Assembly (NCBI GenBank): GCA_964484505.1
Contig: CAZAFB010000004.1
Span: 23,265 to 87,264, forward strand
Reading direction: 5' to 3'
DNA from: an uncultured Bdellovibrionales bacterium
GTDB lineage: Bacteria; Patescibacteriota; Minisyncoccia; Moranbacterales; GWC2-37-73
Length of the DNA: 64,000 nt
The position numbers and the translations under genes were made by a program. The notes under the pieces were generated by a model. It made no database searches and had not been told where the DNA came from. It saw nothing but the letters and a program-made list of their open reading frames with translations. Shown piece after piece: positions 48,769 to 58,040 of this stretch; the first letter of the stretch is position 1, and each line of letters begins with the position of its first letter.

Positions 48769-49278
48769 ATGGACATCTTTTCACATGGGCTGTGGGGTGG
48801 GGTGGCTTTTGGTCGCAAGAGTAAAAAGAATTTTTGGACTGCTTTTGCAATCGGCATGATGCCGGATCTTTTGGCTTTTGCTTTGCCTTTTGTTGGTCGC
48901 ATCTCAGGCGCTGCCGAGGGCCCGGCATATTCCAACGGTCATCCCGATGCCGCTTCGATTCCGCAATATGTCTATCACATCTATAATTTTTCCCATAGTC
49001 TAATAATATTCTTGGCCGTGTTTTTGATTGTTTGGGCAGTGCGCAAACAATCCCAGTGGCTTTTGGGCGCGTGGGGTCTGCATATCCTTGTCGACATTCC
49101 AACGCACAGCTCCAACTTTTTCCCCACGCCATTTCTTTGGCCGCTTTCCAGCTATCACGTCAACGGCATCCAATGGGGCACTCCGATCATTTTCATCCCC
49201 AACCTCATTCTCCTGGCCACGGCCTATTTAATCTGGGGCATATCCTACTGGCGCAAAAAAAGATTGAAAAATAAATAG
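48769..49278 (+). CDS. Membrane-bound metal-dependent hydrolase-like protein
   Basis: SHG, PD, SHSL, HILVDIPTH, LWPL motifs. Confidence 0.75.
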   Translation: MDIFSHGLWGGVAFGRKSKKNFWTAFAIGMMPDLLAFALPFVGRISGAAEGPAYSNGHPDAASIPQYVYHIYNFSHSLIIFLAVFLIVWAVRKQSQWLLGAWGLHILVDIPTHSSNFFPTPFLWPLSSYHVNGIQWGTPIIFIPNLILLATAYLIWGISYWRKKRLKNK

Positions 49279-49301
49279 TTTAATTTTTTTAATTTATCCA
49301 T

Positions 49302-49469
49302 ATGGAAAAAATTAAGGTTGAGCAACATGGGTTCACTATGTTTTCGTGGTTTGCGGGCTGGTTGTTTACGGTTGGGTTTTTGCATTTGTCACTGGGCACA
49401 GGAATTTTGGCGATTGTGCTTTGGCCGTATTATTTGGGCGTGGCTGTCAGTGCCATGATTGGACGCTAA
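49302..49469 (+). CDS. Small membrane protein (55 aa, not in the ORF track)
   Basis: MEKIKVEQHGFTMFSWFAGWLFTVGFLHLSLGTGILAIVLWPYYLGVAVSAMIGR. Confidence 0.65.
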   Translation: MEKIKVEQHGFTMFSWFAGWLFTVGFLHLSLGTGILAIVLWPYYLGVAVSAMIGR

Positions 49470-49625
49470 TTACTGACAACTTACTAAAAATCACTAACTA
49501 CTAACTGCTAACTACAAAATACACGAGTCTGTAGTTGATTAAGAGTAAGTAATATAAGTAATAGTTATACAAGATTTTATAAGCCAGCTAGGAATTTTTC
49601 CTTAGCTGGTTTTTGTTTGGAAAAG

Positions 49626-49634
49626 TTATCCACA
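49626..49634 (+). promoter_or_regulatory. DnaA box
   Basis: Perfect TTATCCACA upstream of a TTGCAG..TAAAAT promoter-like pair. Confidence 0.5.
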
Positions 49635-49753
49635 GGGGAGGGGGTTGCAGTGATAATGGGGAAGTGATAAAATATCATCAAGAACGCGCAGAGCGTTCAA
49701 TAACTAATAATTTGACCCAGGTGTTAACCCGATGACTTGGGTCACTAAAAAAG

Positions 49754-49981
49754 ATGGAAAGTGCAAACCAGGAGAAAGTATTCTCCAAAATGCTTCGCGC
49801 CGGAGGCAAAAATTATTTTTTCGACGTGAAGCGCGCCATTAATGGCAAGAACTATCTGACAATTGCTGAATCGTACAAAAATCAAAAAGGCGAACAAGTG
49901 AGCAACCGCATCATGATCTTCAAAGATCATGCTGACAGCTTCGCTGAAACATTGAAAGAAGTGGAAGGATATCTGAAATAG
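49754..49981 (+). CDS. PUR-like nucleic-acid-binding protein (DUF3276-like)
   Basis: FSKMLRAGGKNYFFDVK..YLTIAES..IMIFKD. Confidence 0.8.
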   Translation: MESANQEKVFSKMLRAGGKNYFFDVKRAINGKNYLTIAESYKNQKGEQVSNRIMIFKDHADSFAETLKEVEGYLK

Positions 49982-50050
49982 GGCGATATATCCGCGGGCA
50001 GCTGGCCAGCACTTATTGACGCAGCTGCCCGGTAGATATAAAATACTCAT

Positions 50051-50398
50051 ATGAAAAATACTATGAAAAATTCAACAAAAAAATCAGGAGAAAAAACTTT
50101 TGGCTTCAATGAAGTGATGTCATTGCTTGAATCCATGAATGATGGGATTAAAGTAATTTCCGAACAATATGGGGGAGTTGTTGCGCGTTTGGATAAAATT
50201 GATGATAGATTGGATAGAATGGAGACAAGAATGGATGGGGTAGAAACTAGATTGGACAACGTGGAAGTTAAGCTGGATAAGCTGCAAGATGACATGGTGG
50301 AAGTCAAATATGAACTCAAAAATAAAGTTGACAGGGATGAGTTCAAAAAACTGGAAAAACGCGTCGTGAAATTGGAACGACTCTCTTACTCGCACTGA
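50051..50398 (+). CDS. Hypothetical coiled-coil protein with heptad repeats
   Basis: RLDKIDD-RLDRMET-RMDGVET-RLDNVEV-KLDKLQD repeats. Confidence 0.7.
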   Translation: MKNTMKNSTKKSGEKTFGFNEVMSLLESMNDGIKVISEQYGGVVARLDKIDDRLDRMETRMDGVETRLDNVEVKLDKLQDDMVEVKYELKNKVDRDEFKKLEKRVVKLERLSYSH

Positions 50399-50468
50399 TC
50401 TGAAAATATCTCAAACACCGACTGAGTAGTCGGTGTTTGTTTAAGACAAAAAATAATCGTTAAATCTG

Positions 50469-52094
50469 ATGCCAAAAACATATTTGCAAAAACATTTTAA
50501 TTTTGCAGACTTTCGTCCCGGTCAGAGGGAAATTGTGGAAGCTATCGTCGCCGGAAAAGATGTGGTGGCTCTGATGCCGACAGGAGGCGGCAAATCTTTG
50601 TGCTACCAACTTCCTGCGATCATGAGCGGGAAACTTTCAATCGTGATTTCACCGCTCATTGCGCTCATGAAAGATCAGGTGGATGCCCTCAATGCGCGCG
50701 GAATCGGTGCGACATATGTGAACAGCACGCTTACAAACGAAGAAAGTGCCAGACGGATGGATGATATTCGCAGTGGTAAAACAAAAATTTTGTATATAGC
50801 TCCCGAGCGTTTTGGTAGTAATGAATTCAGAAAAGAATTTTCTCAAATGGATGTGCATATGGTGGCTGTCGATGAAGCGCATTGTGTGTCGCAATGGGGA
50901 CATGACTTTCGTCCGGATTATTTGAAAATAAAACAATATATAAATCTGTTGAAAAATCGCCCGCTTGTTGCTGCGTTTACCGCTACGGCGACGCCGGAAG
51001 TTAAAGATGATATTATCGAACGTTTGGGGTTAGAAAATCCGCAAGTTTTTATCAGAGGATTTGACCGTCCCAATCTCAAGTTTTTCGTGCAAAAAGATCT
51101 CAAACCCAGAGAAAGACAAGCTGAACTGCTACGCGTTATCAAATCTTTGGAAGGAAGCGGCGTGGTATATGTGCTAACCAGAAAGTATACCGAGGAAATC
51201 GCTGCCGCACTGAACCAGTCCGGAATTTCTGCAGTGGCATATCATGCAGGAATCGACGGAGAAAAACGCAACAAAATCCAAAATGATTTTATGGAAAATC
51301 GCTACAAAGTTATTGTGGCGACGATTGCGTTCGGTATGGGTGTGGACAAAGCCGACATCCGCTATGTCATCCATTCGGGCATGCCGGCAAGTCTGGAAGG
51401 GTATTATCAAGAAGCGGGAAGAGCTGGGCGCGACGGAGAAACGGCATATTGTATTTTGCTGCACAGTAAACGCGACAACGCAACCCACAACTTTCTGATC
51501 CAATCGACGCGTCGAGACATGCTTGCGCAAGGAAAGAGTTGGGATGAAGCGACAAAGATTATCGACATAAAATATGACAGACTGGATAAAATAAAGGAAT
51601 ATGTGCATGGCGGGAGATGCCGGCGCAAAATTATTCTCAAATATTTTGATGATCCGGCGCACAAAACAAGTAAAGAAAACTGCAGTGGCTGCGATGTGTG
51701 CATGGGATGGAAAAGAAAAAATGAAGGAGAGTCTGGCGATTATGAAAACAAAAGCAGAAGGCGCAGGGAAGGATTGAGCGGAACTGTTTTGGAAACAGCC
51801 GGATATTATCAGAAAGGATATGACGTTGCCAAAATTGCCAAAATTCGCGGCTTGGGACTCTCGACTATTTTCGGGCACCTGATCGATTGGTATGAAAATG
51901 GCGGCGATTTCGATATTGGGGCGCATTTTTCGCCGCAAGAAGAAAAAATTATTTTAGCCGCAATTCAAAAAGCAGACAATGCAAAATTTCTCAGCTCCAT
52001 TAAGCAGCAGTTGCCCGAGAATATCGGTTACGAAAAAATAAGGATGGTGGTGGCAAAAAAGAAAAGAGATATTAAACAAAAAATTGTCAATTAA
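50469..52094 (+). CDS. recQ: RecQ-family DNA helicase with C-terminal HTH
   Basis: MPTGGGKSLCYQLP, DEAHCVSQWGHDFRPDY, TATA, QEAGRAGRDG, CRR..CSGCDVC. Confidence 0.93.
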   Translation: MPKTYLQKHFNFADFRPGQREIVEAIVAGKDVVALMPTGGGKSLCYQLPAIMSGKLSIVISPLIALMKDQVDALNARGIGATYVNSTLTNEESARRMDDIRSGKTKILYIAPERFGSNEFRKEFSQMDVHMVAVDEAHCVSQWGHDFRPDYLKIKQYINLLKNRPLVAAFTATATPEVKDDIIERLGLENPQVFIRGFDRPNLKFFVQKDLKPRERQAELLRVIKSLEGSGVVYVLTRKYTEEIAAALNQSGISAVAYHAGIDGEKRNKIQNDFMENRYKVIVATIAFGMGVDKADIRYVIHSGMPASLEGYYQEAGRAGRDGETAYCILLHSKRDNATHNFLIQSTRRDMLAQGKSWDEATKIIDIKYDRLDKIKEYVHGGRCRRKIILKYFDDPAHKTSKENCSGCDVCMGWKRKNEGESGDYENKSRRRREGLSGTVLETAGYYQKGYDVAKIAKIRGLGLSTIFGHLIDWYENGGDFDIGAHFSPQEEKIILAAIQKADNAKFLSSIKQQLPENIGYEKIRMVVAKKKRDIKQKIVN

Positions 52095-52207
52095 AAAACA
52101 TACCTCAAATCGACGGCCGTGAGTTCGTGTATAGTTTTGGTTATGATGTGATGGTTTGGACCTTGTGATGAACATAAAGGGAAAATTAATAATATGGATG
52201 AGGCGCA

Positions 52208-52263
52208 GGCATTGACTAAACGGGGCGGGTTTGCTAAATTGCCGTGTTGGTTCTTATACAATT
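52208..52263 (+). repeat. Promoter block A, copy 1
   Basis: GGCATTGACTAA..GTTTGCTAAATTGCCGTGTTGGTTCTTATACAATT, repeated at 53720-53775. Confidence 0.85.
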
Positions 52264-52275
52264 TGACAAGGAGGA

Positions 52276-52878
52276 ATGCAAAAAATGAGCGAGAAAATAG
52301 TCCAGCTTGAAGGGGAAATCAAGGGCCTCCACTACAATCCGGTAATGGAACGTCATAGTTTCTCGAATTCCAGGACGGAGGAATTCTACAAACAGTTCTG
52401 GGAAATTCACGTGAAACAGGTCATCGAATTCAGTAGGCAGATGGCTGTGAAATACGGCGCCGATCTGGAAGTTGTGTGGCTTGCGGCTATTCTGCATGAT
52501 ATCGCACGTCTTGATGATTATGAACCTCATGATGTAATTGGATCGGAAACAGCCTACATGTTGCTGATTGAAAAAGGTTTCAAATATTCTTTGGCTGAGA
52601 AAGCCAAGGTTGCCATCTTGAGACATCGTTGCAAAGAATATGTTCCTGAAACACTGGAACAGAAAATCATTGCCACGGCTGATGCGATGGCTCACTTCAT
52701 CCCGCCGTTCTATTTCTGGATAGCCAAATATTCAAACAAAAGCTTTGAGGAAGTTCTGGAAAAGAACAAGGGGAAAATCGAGCGCGATTACAATGATAAG
52801 ATCTTTTTCGAAGATGAGAGGGTGTTGGTTTCGGGGCAGTATGAAATGTTGAAAAGCTGGTTTGGATATAAAATTTAG
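52276..52878 (+). CDS. HD-domain phosphohydrolase
   Basis: HV..AAILHDI..H..H..ADAMAH; AGGAGG Shine-Dalgarno. Confidence 0.88.
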   Translation: MQKMSEKIVQLEGEIKGLHYNPVMERHSFSNSRTEEFYKQFWEIHVKQVIEFSRQMAVKYGADLEVVWLAAILHDIARLDDYEPHDVIGSETAYMLLIEKGFKYSLAEKAKVAILRHRCKEYVPETLEQKIIATADAMAHFIPPFYFWIAKYSNKSFEEVLEKNKGKIERDYNDKIFFEDERVLVSGQYEMLKSWFGYKI

Positions 52879-52899
52879 CAAAGAAAAAGGAGACAAATC

Positions 52900-53532
52900 A
52901 TGCCAGATACTCCGAATGTGTTAGCTGCCAGAAATGCTGTTTTTGAAGTGGGAAAGGCGCGTATGAATTTGCGTATAGCCCTTGCCAATCTTTCGCTTGG
53001 AGAACTTGCCGAAGTTATCACTGAAGTGCATGCTTACAGTCCCGTCGTTATCAATATCGATTCCCAAATCTATAAAAAGAAAGGCGGGCTGGCTATTTTA
53101 AAGCCATGCGAAGATCTTAACCTGGGTATCGTTCTATGGTCAGCTCCGAAATTAACAATGATGGCTTCTTGGGAAACAGTTCCTGATTCTATTTGCGTGG
53201 ACTTCATGAGAAACAAAGTTTTTTTTGAGGTCTTTTCCGGAGGCAAAGGCAAGAGTATGGATAAGAAATTCGCCTGCATAGCAGAAGCTTGCAAAAGAAA
53301 CGGAATAAGGAACATATTTCTTTTAAATCCGGGAAATATGTGTCAGTTTTTTCGAAATACGGGAAACTGTGATATTGAAGTCACGGGAGTGGATGATTTT
53401 TTGGATATACTGAGCATGCATGTTGACCTGGGAGATCTTAAGCTTTCCTTTCTTGATTTTCAAAAAAGTACAGCATTGGAATTCCATGAATATATGCGCA
53501 AATGTGGGATACGAGACGATCTGGGGGTGTAA
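52900..53532 (+). CDS. Hypothetical protein
   Basis: AAGGAG Shine-Dalgarno, 210 aa; faint resemblance to the N-terminus of OMP decarboxylase/HPS barrels. Confidence 0.6.
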   Translation: MPDTPNVLAARNAVFEVGKARMNLRIALANLSLGELAEVITEVHAYSPVVINIDSQIYKKKGGLAILKPCEDLNLGIVLWSAPKLTMMASWETVPDSICVDFMRNKVFFEVFSGGKGKSMDKKFACIAEACKRNGIRNIFLLNPGNMCQFFRNTGNCDIEVTGVDDFLDILSMHVDLGDLKLSFLDFQKSTALEFHEYMRKCGIRDDLGV

Positions 53533-53576
53533 AGCTTAATTTATCCTTTTGATAATGTCTGGACTTACTTGAACAA

Positions 53577-53648
53577 CGACCTGTTGCTTAAATAGCACGG
53601 GTCGTTTTTTTGTTTGGATTTTTGGCTGGCGAAAAATGGCTTGAATAA
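53577..53648 (+). repeat. Terminator block B, copy 1
   Basis: CGACCTGTTGCT..AGCACGGGTCG-T7 plus a conserved tail, repeated at 55205-55276. Confidence 0.85.
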
Positions 53649-53719
53649 AGGGAAGAATATGGTTATATTTAACTCGCGATCCCGTTAAATGTGGTCCATT
53701 AAGTAGTTAAATTTAACAG

Positions 53720-53775
53720 GGCATTGACTAAGTGCGGCAAGTTTGCTAAATTGCCGTGTTGGTTCTTATACAATT
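53720..53775 (+). repeat. Promoter block A, copy 2
   Basis: Near-identical to 52208-52263 except in the spacer after TTGACTAA. Confidence 0.85.
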
Positions 53776-53817
53776 AAACATATTGATGCTGTGGATTTTG
53801 AGAGGAGGTGATAAAAG

Positions 53818-55179
53818 GTGATCAAGGGCATAAAAGCCGTAGTCGAAAGGGTTGTTTTAGATGGCCCGCATGGTCCATTTGTCATTACAACCTCAAAGGC
53901 GTTCACTGGCTCCGTGACGTTCTCCCTTGAACGTAACGTGTGGCAGGAACATGGGCACCCTGAACCTGGAGAAGTAGTTTTTCTTTACGAGCTTCGGGAA
54001 AAAAGACAGGGATGGAGAGCAAAAAAAGGACGGTACTGGAAACCGTCTGACGAGCAAACAGCACAGGAGGAAGAAATCATGGAAAGACTGATGTTTTCAC
54101 TCAAGAGACTTAGAAGCAAGTGGTTCCCCACGGAAGAAGACATGAAATGGAAAAGCTGGGTAGACTTCAAGTCCAGAGAAACAAGGGACTTGGTTAATCT
54201 TCTTTCCCAGAAGGTAAACGACATTTTCAAGAAACGAGCGCTATTTCTGCTGTTTGTACCTTCGGCAACAGTTAATCCTCTCTATTGGAAAGGAGACATC
54301 GGTAAGTTCTATCACGGGTTGGACATTCTCGACAAACTGACTCCTGATCTGCTGAGCTATGCAGCTGAGCTTGTCATGCAGTTTGTCACCGCTCTGAGTC
54401 CGGTGCACTGCGATCGGCCGAGGAACGTTGCCGAAGGCGGTGGTGGTATCATGATATATATGTCGATACCTGACAAATATCATGACGCGCTGTCGTTCTA
54501 CAACCGCTGTATACTGAAACTGTTGGCAAAGCTCCCTGCTGAGCAAGCAGAAAAGATCTTTCCGCTGTATTCCCTCAATGACATCTCAACATTCTGGAAT
54601 ATGGATACCGCCTCAGGATACAACCCTTTTCAGAACCTCATGTACTCCGATGACATCAACGAGAAATGGAAGAGGTTGGCTGACGGGAAGATGCGAGATA
54701 TAGTGCGCGCGGAAATTGAAGGAAAAGTAAAACCCAGAGAAGAGCATGAAGACGCTCTGCGCTGCTACTCCAGTTTTATTCAGAGGCAGTTCTATGGGTC
54801 CCATTACCCGAAGAAGTTGCTTGTCGAACAGGTGCAATTCCTCGTGGAAAACCTTCAACCGAATACACACCTCATCAACTGCTTCAATGTCATCAATTTC
54901 TTCGACCTTTTGTATGCAGATTCCCAAAAGGAACTTCGGCACAAAATCGCCAGATATACCGTCATGGAAAACATGGAGAAATACGGAAGGTTTCATGTTT
55001 ACGACACGGGAACGAGGCGGGCTGCAGAACAGATGCTCGAAGAGTTCGCTGATGATCAGGAACTTGCTGAAAAAGTTCGCGAACTTATAGCAGAAGGCGA
55101 AAGAAGACAGGCTGAAAACGCAGCTCATTATGCAGAAGAGAAAGAAGCGGAGAAAAGCATCCTTGCTGCAATGCAGTAA
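53818..55179 (+). CDS. Hypothetical protein; possible second in-frame start at 54079
   Basis: GGAGGTG before the GTG start; internal AGGAGG-N8-ATG. Confidence 0.7.
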   Translation: MIKGIKAVVERVVLDGPHGPFVITTSKAFTGSVTFSLERNVWQEHGHPEPGEVVFLYELREKRQGWRAKKGRYWKPSDEQTAQEEEIMERLMFSLKRLRSKWFPTEEDMKWKSWVDFKSRETRDLVNLLSQKVNDIFKKRALFLLFVPSATVNPLYWKGDIGKFYHGLDILDKLTPDLLSYAAELVMQFVTALSPVHCDRPRNVAEGGGGIMIYMSIPDKYHDALSFYNRCILKLLAKLPAEQAEKIFPLYSLNDISTFWNMDTASGYNPFQNLMYSDDINEKWKRLADGKMRDIVRAEIEGKVKPREEHEDALRCYSSFIQRQFYGSHYPKKLLVEQVQFLVENLQPNTHLINCFNVINFFDLLYADSQKELRHKIARYTVMENMEKYGRFHVYDTGTRRAAEQMLEEFADDQELAEKVRELIAEGERRQAENAAHYAEEKEAEKSILAAMQ

Positions 55180-55204
55180 GGCGTGAAATCTCAAGCAGCA
55201 AGAG

Positions 55205-55276
55205 CGACCCGTTGCTTAAATAGCGTGGGTCGTTTTTTTGTTTGGATTTTTGGCTGGCGAAAAATGGCTTGAATAA
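55205..55276 (+). repeat. Terminator block B, copy 2
   Basis: Near-identical to 53577-53648. Confidence 0.85.
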
Positions 55277-55302
55277 TGGGAAAATAGGTGTCGGGGCGAC
55301 TC

Positions 55303-55330
55303 TTGACATATTTTTTTATTCGTGTAAAAT
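55303..55330 (+). promoter_or_regulatory. tuf promoter
   Basis: TTGACA-16 nt-TAAAAT. Confidence 0.6.
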
Positions 55331-55484
55331 GGCTTATGTATCTTAATTTCCTGCAAAGGAATTTTTGAATTTGCGAAAAAAAGCAGATTCGAATATAATA
55401 AAAAGAAGCTGTTTTTGTAATCAATTATCTTAAATGTTCGCAAGTCGCAGACAAAAGGTTTGTGCGGCAGGCGAAAAAACAACT

Positions 55485-56678
55485 ATGGCAGCAGAACAAT
55501 TCGTACGCAGCAAACCACACGTCAATGTGGGAACCATCGGACATGTTGACCACGGAAAGACCACTCTTACCGCGGCTATTTTGCATGGTCTGAGTCTCAA
55601 AGGTTTGGCCAAGGAAAAGAATGTCAATGAAATCGACAACGCACCGGAAGAAAGAGAGCGCGGAATCACCATTGCTACTTCCCACTGCGAATACGAATCA
55701 GACACTCGTCACTATGCACACGTAGACTGTCCAGGTCATGCTGACTATATCAAAAACATGATCACTGGTGCTGCTCAGATGGATGGTGCTATCCTCGTGG
55801 TTAGCGCAACTGACGGTCCTATGCCTCAGACTCGCGAGCACATCTTGCTTGCAAAGCAGGTCGGTGTTCCTTCAATCGTTGTTTTCATCAACAAAGTTGA
55901 CATGGTTGATGATCCTGAACTTATCGACTTGGTTGAAGCTGAAGTTCGCGAACTGCTTTCCAAATATGAATTCGACGGTGACAATGCCAAGGTTGTTCGC
56001 GGATCTGCCGTGAAAGCTTTGGAAGCTGGCAGCGCTGATGATGAAAGCGTAAAGTGTATCTATGAACTTATCGCAGGGTTGGATGAACAAATTCCTGAAC
56101 CTGTTCGTGAAGTTGACAAGCCGTTTTTGATGCCTATTGAAGATATTTTCTCAATCGAAGGTCGCGGAACCGTGGTTACTGGACGCATTGAACGCGGAAT
56201 AATCAACATCAACGAAGAGGTGGAAATCGTGGGACTTAAACCTACCACCAAAACCGTAGTTACCGGAATTGAAATGTTCAACAAGTCTCTTGACAAAGGA
56301 CAAGCTGGTGACAACGCAGGACTTTTGCTTCGCGGTGTTAAGAAAGAAGATGTTGAACGCGGTCAGGTTCTTGCTAAACCGGGTTCAATCACTCCTCATA
56401 CTGAATTTGAAGGGCAGATCTATATTTTGACCAAAGAGGAAGGTGGACGTCACACCCCATTCTTCAAAGGATACAAACCACAGTTCTACATCCGTACAAC
56501 CGATGTTACCGGTGAGGTTTTTCTTCCGGAAGGAACTGAAATGGTTATGCCTGGAGACACCATTAATTTGAACATCAAATTGATTGCTCCGGTTGCTATG
56601 GAAGATGGAATGCGCTTCGCTATCCGCGAAGGAGGACGTACAGTTGGTGCAGGTGCCGTAACTAAGATTATCAAATAG
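55485..56678 (+). CDS. tuf: Elongation factor Tu
   Basis: [39 protein letters not shown]. Confidence 0.98.
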   Translation: MAAEQFVRSKPHVNVGTIGHVDHGKTTLTAAILHGLSLKGLAKEKNVNEIDNAPEERERGITIATSHCEYESDTRHYAHVDCPGHADYIKNMITGAAQMDGAILVVSATDGPMPQTREHILLAKQVGVPSIVVFINKVDMVDDPELIDLVEAEVRELLSKYEFDGDNAKVVRGSAVKALEAGSADDESVKCIYELIAGLDEQIPEPVREVDKPFLMPIEDIFSIEGRGTVVTGRIERGIININEEVEIVGLKPTTKTVVTGIEMFNKSLDKGQAGDNAGLLLRGVKKEDVERGQVLAKPGSITPHTEFEGQIYILTKEEGGRHTPFFKGYKPQFYIRTTDVTGEVFLPEGTEMVMPGDTINLNIKLIAPVAMEDGMRFAIREGGRTVGAGAVTKIIK

Positions 56679-56775
56679 TTTCAGTTTACTATGCAAGCAT
56701 GCTCCAAGCGTGCTTGCTTGTGTTCACTGAATCACTAGATAAGTTAATTAAATTTCATTTATAATTTAGACAGCG

Positions 56776-57105
56776 ATGGCAGCTAAAAAACCAGAAACAA
56801 CATCGACGAGAATCAGGATTAAGATCAAAGCATATGACAATAAAGTCATTGATCAATCCGCAAGAAAGATCGTTGAAACTGCGGAACGCAGCGGAGCGAA
56901 AATAACCGGTCCGGTGCCGCTTCCTACGGAAATTCATAAAGTGACGGTGAACAAGTCAACTTTTGTGCATAAGGATGCTCGTGAGCAATATGAGATGCGC
57001 GTACACAAGCGTTTGATCGATATCACTGATCCTAGCGCAAAGACGATTGAAAACCTGACTAGCTTGGATTTGCCAGCAGGTGTTGACGTGGAAATCAAGA
57101 TGTGA
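56776..57105 (+). CDS. rpsJ: 30S ribosomal protein S10
   Basis: [31 protein letters not shown]. Confidence 0.97.
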   Translation: MAAKKPETTSTRIRIKIKAYDNKVIDQSARKIVETAERSGAKITGPVPLPTEIHKVTVNKSTFVHKDAREQYEMRVHKRLIDITDPSAKTIENLTSLDLPAGVDVEIKM

Positions 57106-57112
57106 TAATATT

Positions 57113-57211
57113 AATCACGGATCGACGCGAATTAAGTCCCGAATATTCTCGAATGGCATGTATGGGTTTATTAGAGATTGTTAGAGATAAATTTGTGTAG
57201 ATTAGAGATTT
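57113..57211 (+). repeat. CGAAT/ATTAG periodic hairpin spacer element
   Basis: Family copy after rpsJ. Confidence 0.8.
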
Positions 57212-57217
57212 ATATCA

Positions 57218-57309
57218 CTGGTTAAAGTCCTGTCGCTTGCGAGTAACGGGATACTCAACTAGCCAAACGCGAAATTTTTCGCGGGTCTGGCTGCAGGGCC
57301 AGATTTTTT
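57218..57309 (+). promoter_or_regulatory. Candidate structured leader/attenuator before rplC
   Basis: CTGGTT/AACTAG enclosing GTCCTGT/ACGGGAT, then CGCGAAA/TTTCGCG, then TCTGGC/GCCAGA-T6. Confidence 0.45.
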
Positions 57310-57370
57310 ATACCCTACGAATTACGAATCAGTTACGAATTTACAAATTACGAATAATTGAAATAAGACG

Positions 57371-57934
57371 ATGAGCAAATTTATTTTAGGTAAGAAAATA
57401 GGAATGACTACCATCTATGATGGGGAGAAAGGAGCTTTGAATGTGACTCTCATTTCATGCGAGCCCAACAAAGTATCTTGCGTCCGTAGCACTGAAAAAG
57501 ATGGTTATGCGGCGATGCAGTTGGAGCTTTCTAAGACTAAAAATAAAACTCATCGCAAAGAGTTCCGTATTGAGGAATCTGAAGCGAAGAATGCTGGTGA
57601 TTTGGTAACGATTGAAGCGTTTGCGATTGGAGATAAAGTAAAGGTTTCAGGAATAACCAAAGCTAAAGGTTTCCAAGGTGTTGTGAAAAGACATGGTTTC
57701 AAGGGAGCTCCCAAAACACATGGTCACAAACATGACCTTCGTGCTCCTGGTTCGATCGGAGCCCAGCAGCCTCAGCATGTTATCAAAGGAAAGAGAATGG
57801 CCGGAAGAATGGGAGGAACTCGCAGCTCAGTAAAGAATCTCAAGATTGCATATTTGGATATTGAAAAGAATATTATCGGAGTGCAAGGTGCGGTTCCGGG
57901 AGTAGCAGGGAGAATCGTAGAGATCTGTGGATAG
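57371..57934 (+). CDS. rplC: 50S ribosomal protein L3
   Basis: GKKIGMT, KGFQGVVKRHGF, RAPGSIG, KGKRMAGRMG. Confidence 0.97.
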   Translation: MSKFILGKKIGMTTIYDGEKGALNVTLISCEPNKVSCVRSTEKDGYAAMQLELSKTKNKTHRKEFRIEESEAKNAGDLVTIEAFAIGDKVKVSGITKAKGFQGVVKRHGFKGAPKTHGHKHDLRAPGSIGAQQPQHVIKGKRMAGRMGGTRSSVKNLKIAYLDIEKNIIGVQGAVPGVAGRIVEICG

Positions 57935-58029
57935 AAATCGCGAATCGACACGAATATAGTCTCGAATAATCGCGAATGAAATGCGTCATTAGAGATTATT
58001 AGTGATAAATTAGAGTAAATTAGAGATTT
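57935..58029 (+). repeat. CGAAT/ATTAG periodic hairpin spacer element
   Basis: Family copy filling the rplC-rplD spacer. Confidence 0.9.
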
Positions 58030-58040
58030 ATACCATCATT

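Noticed and set aside
20733-49634. Replication origin suggested by DnaA boxes
   Set aside because: The three perfect boxes are single and many kb apart, each beside a promoter, with no dnaA/dnaN or box cluster
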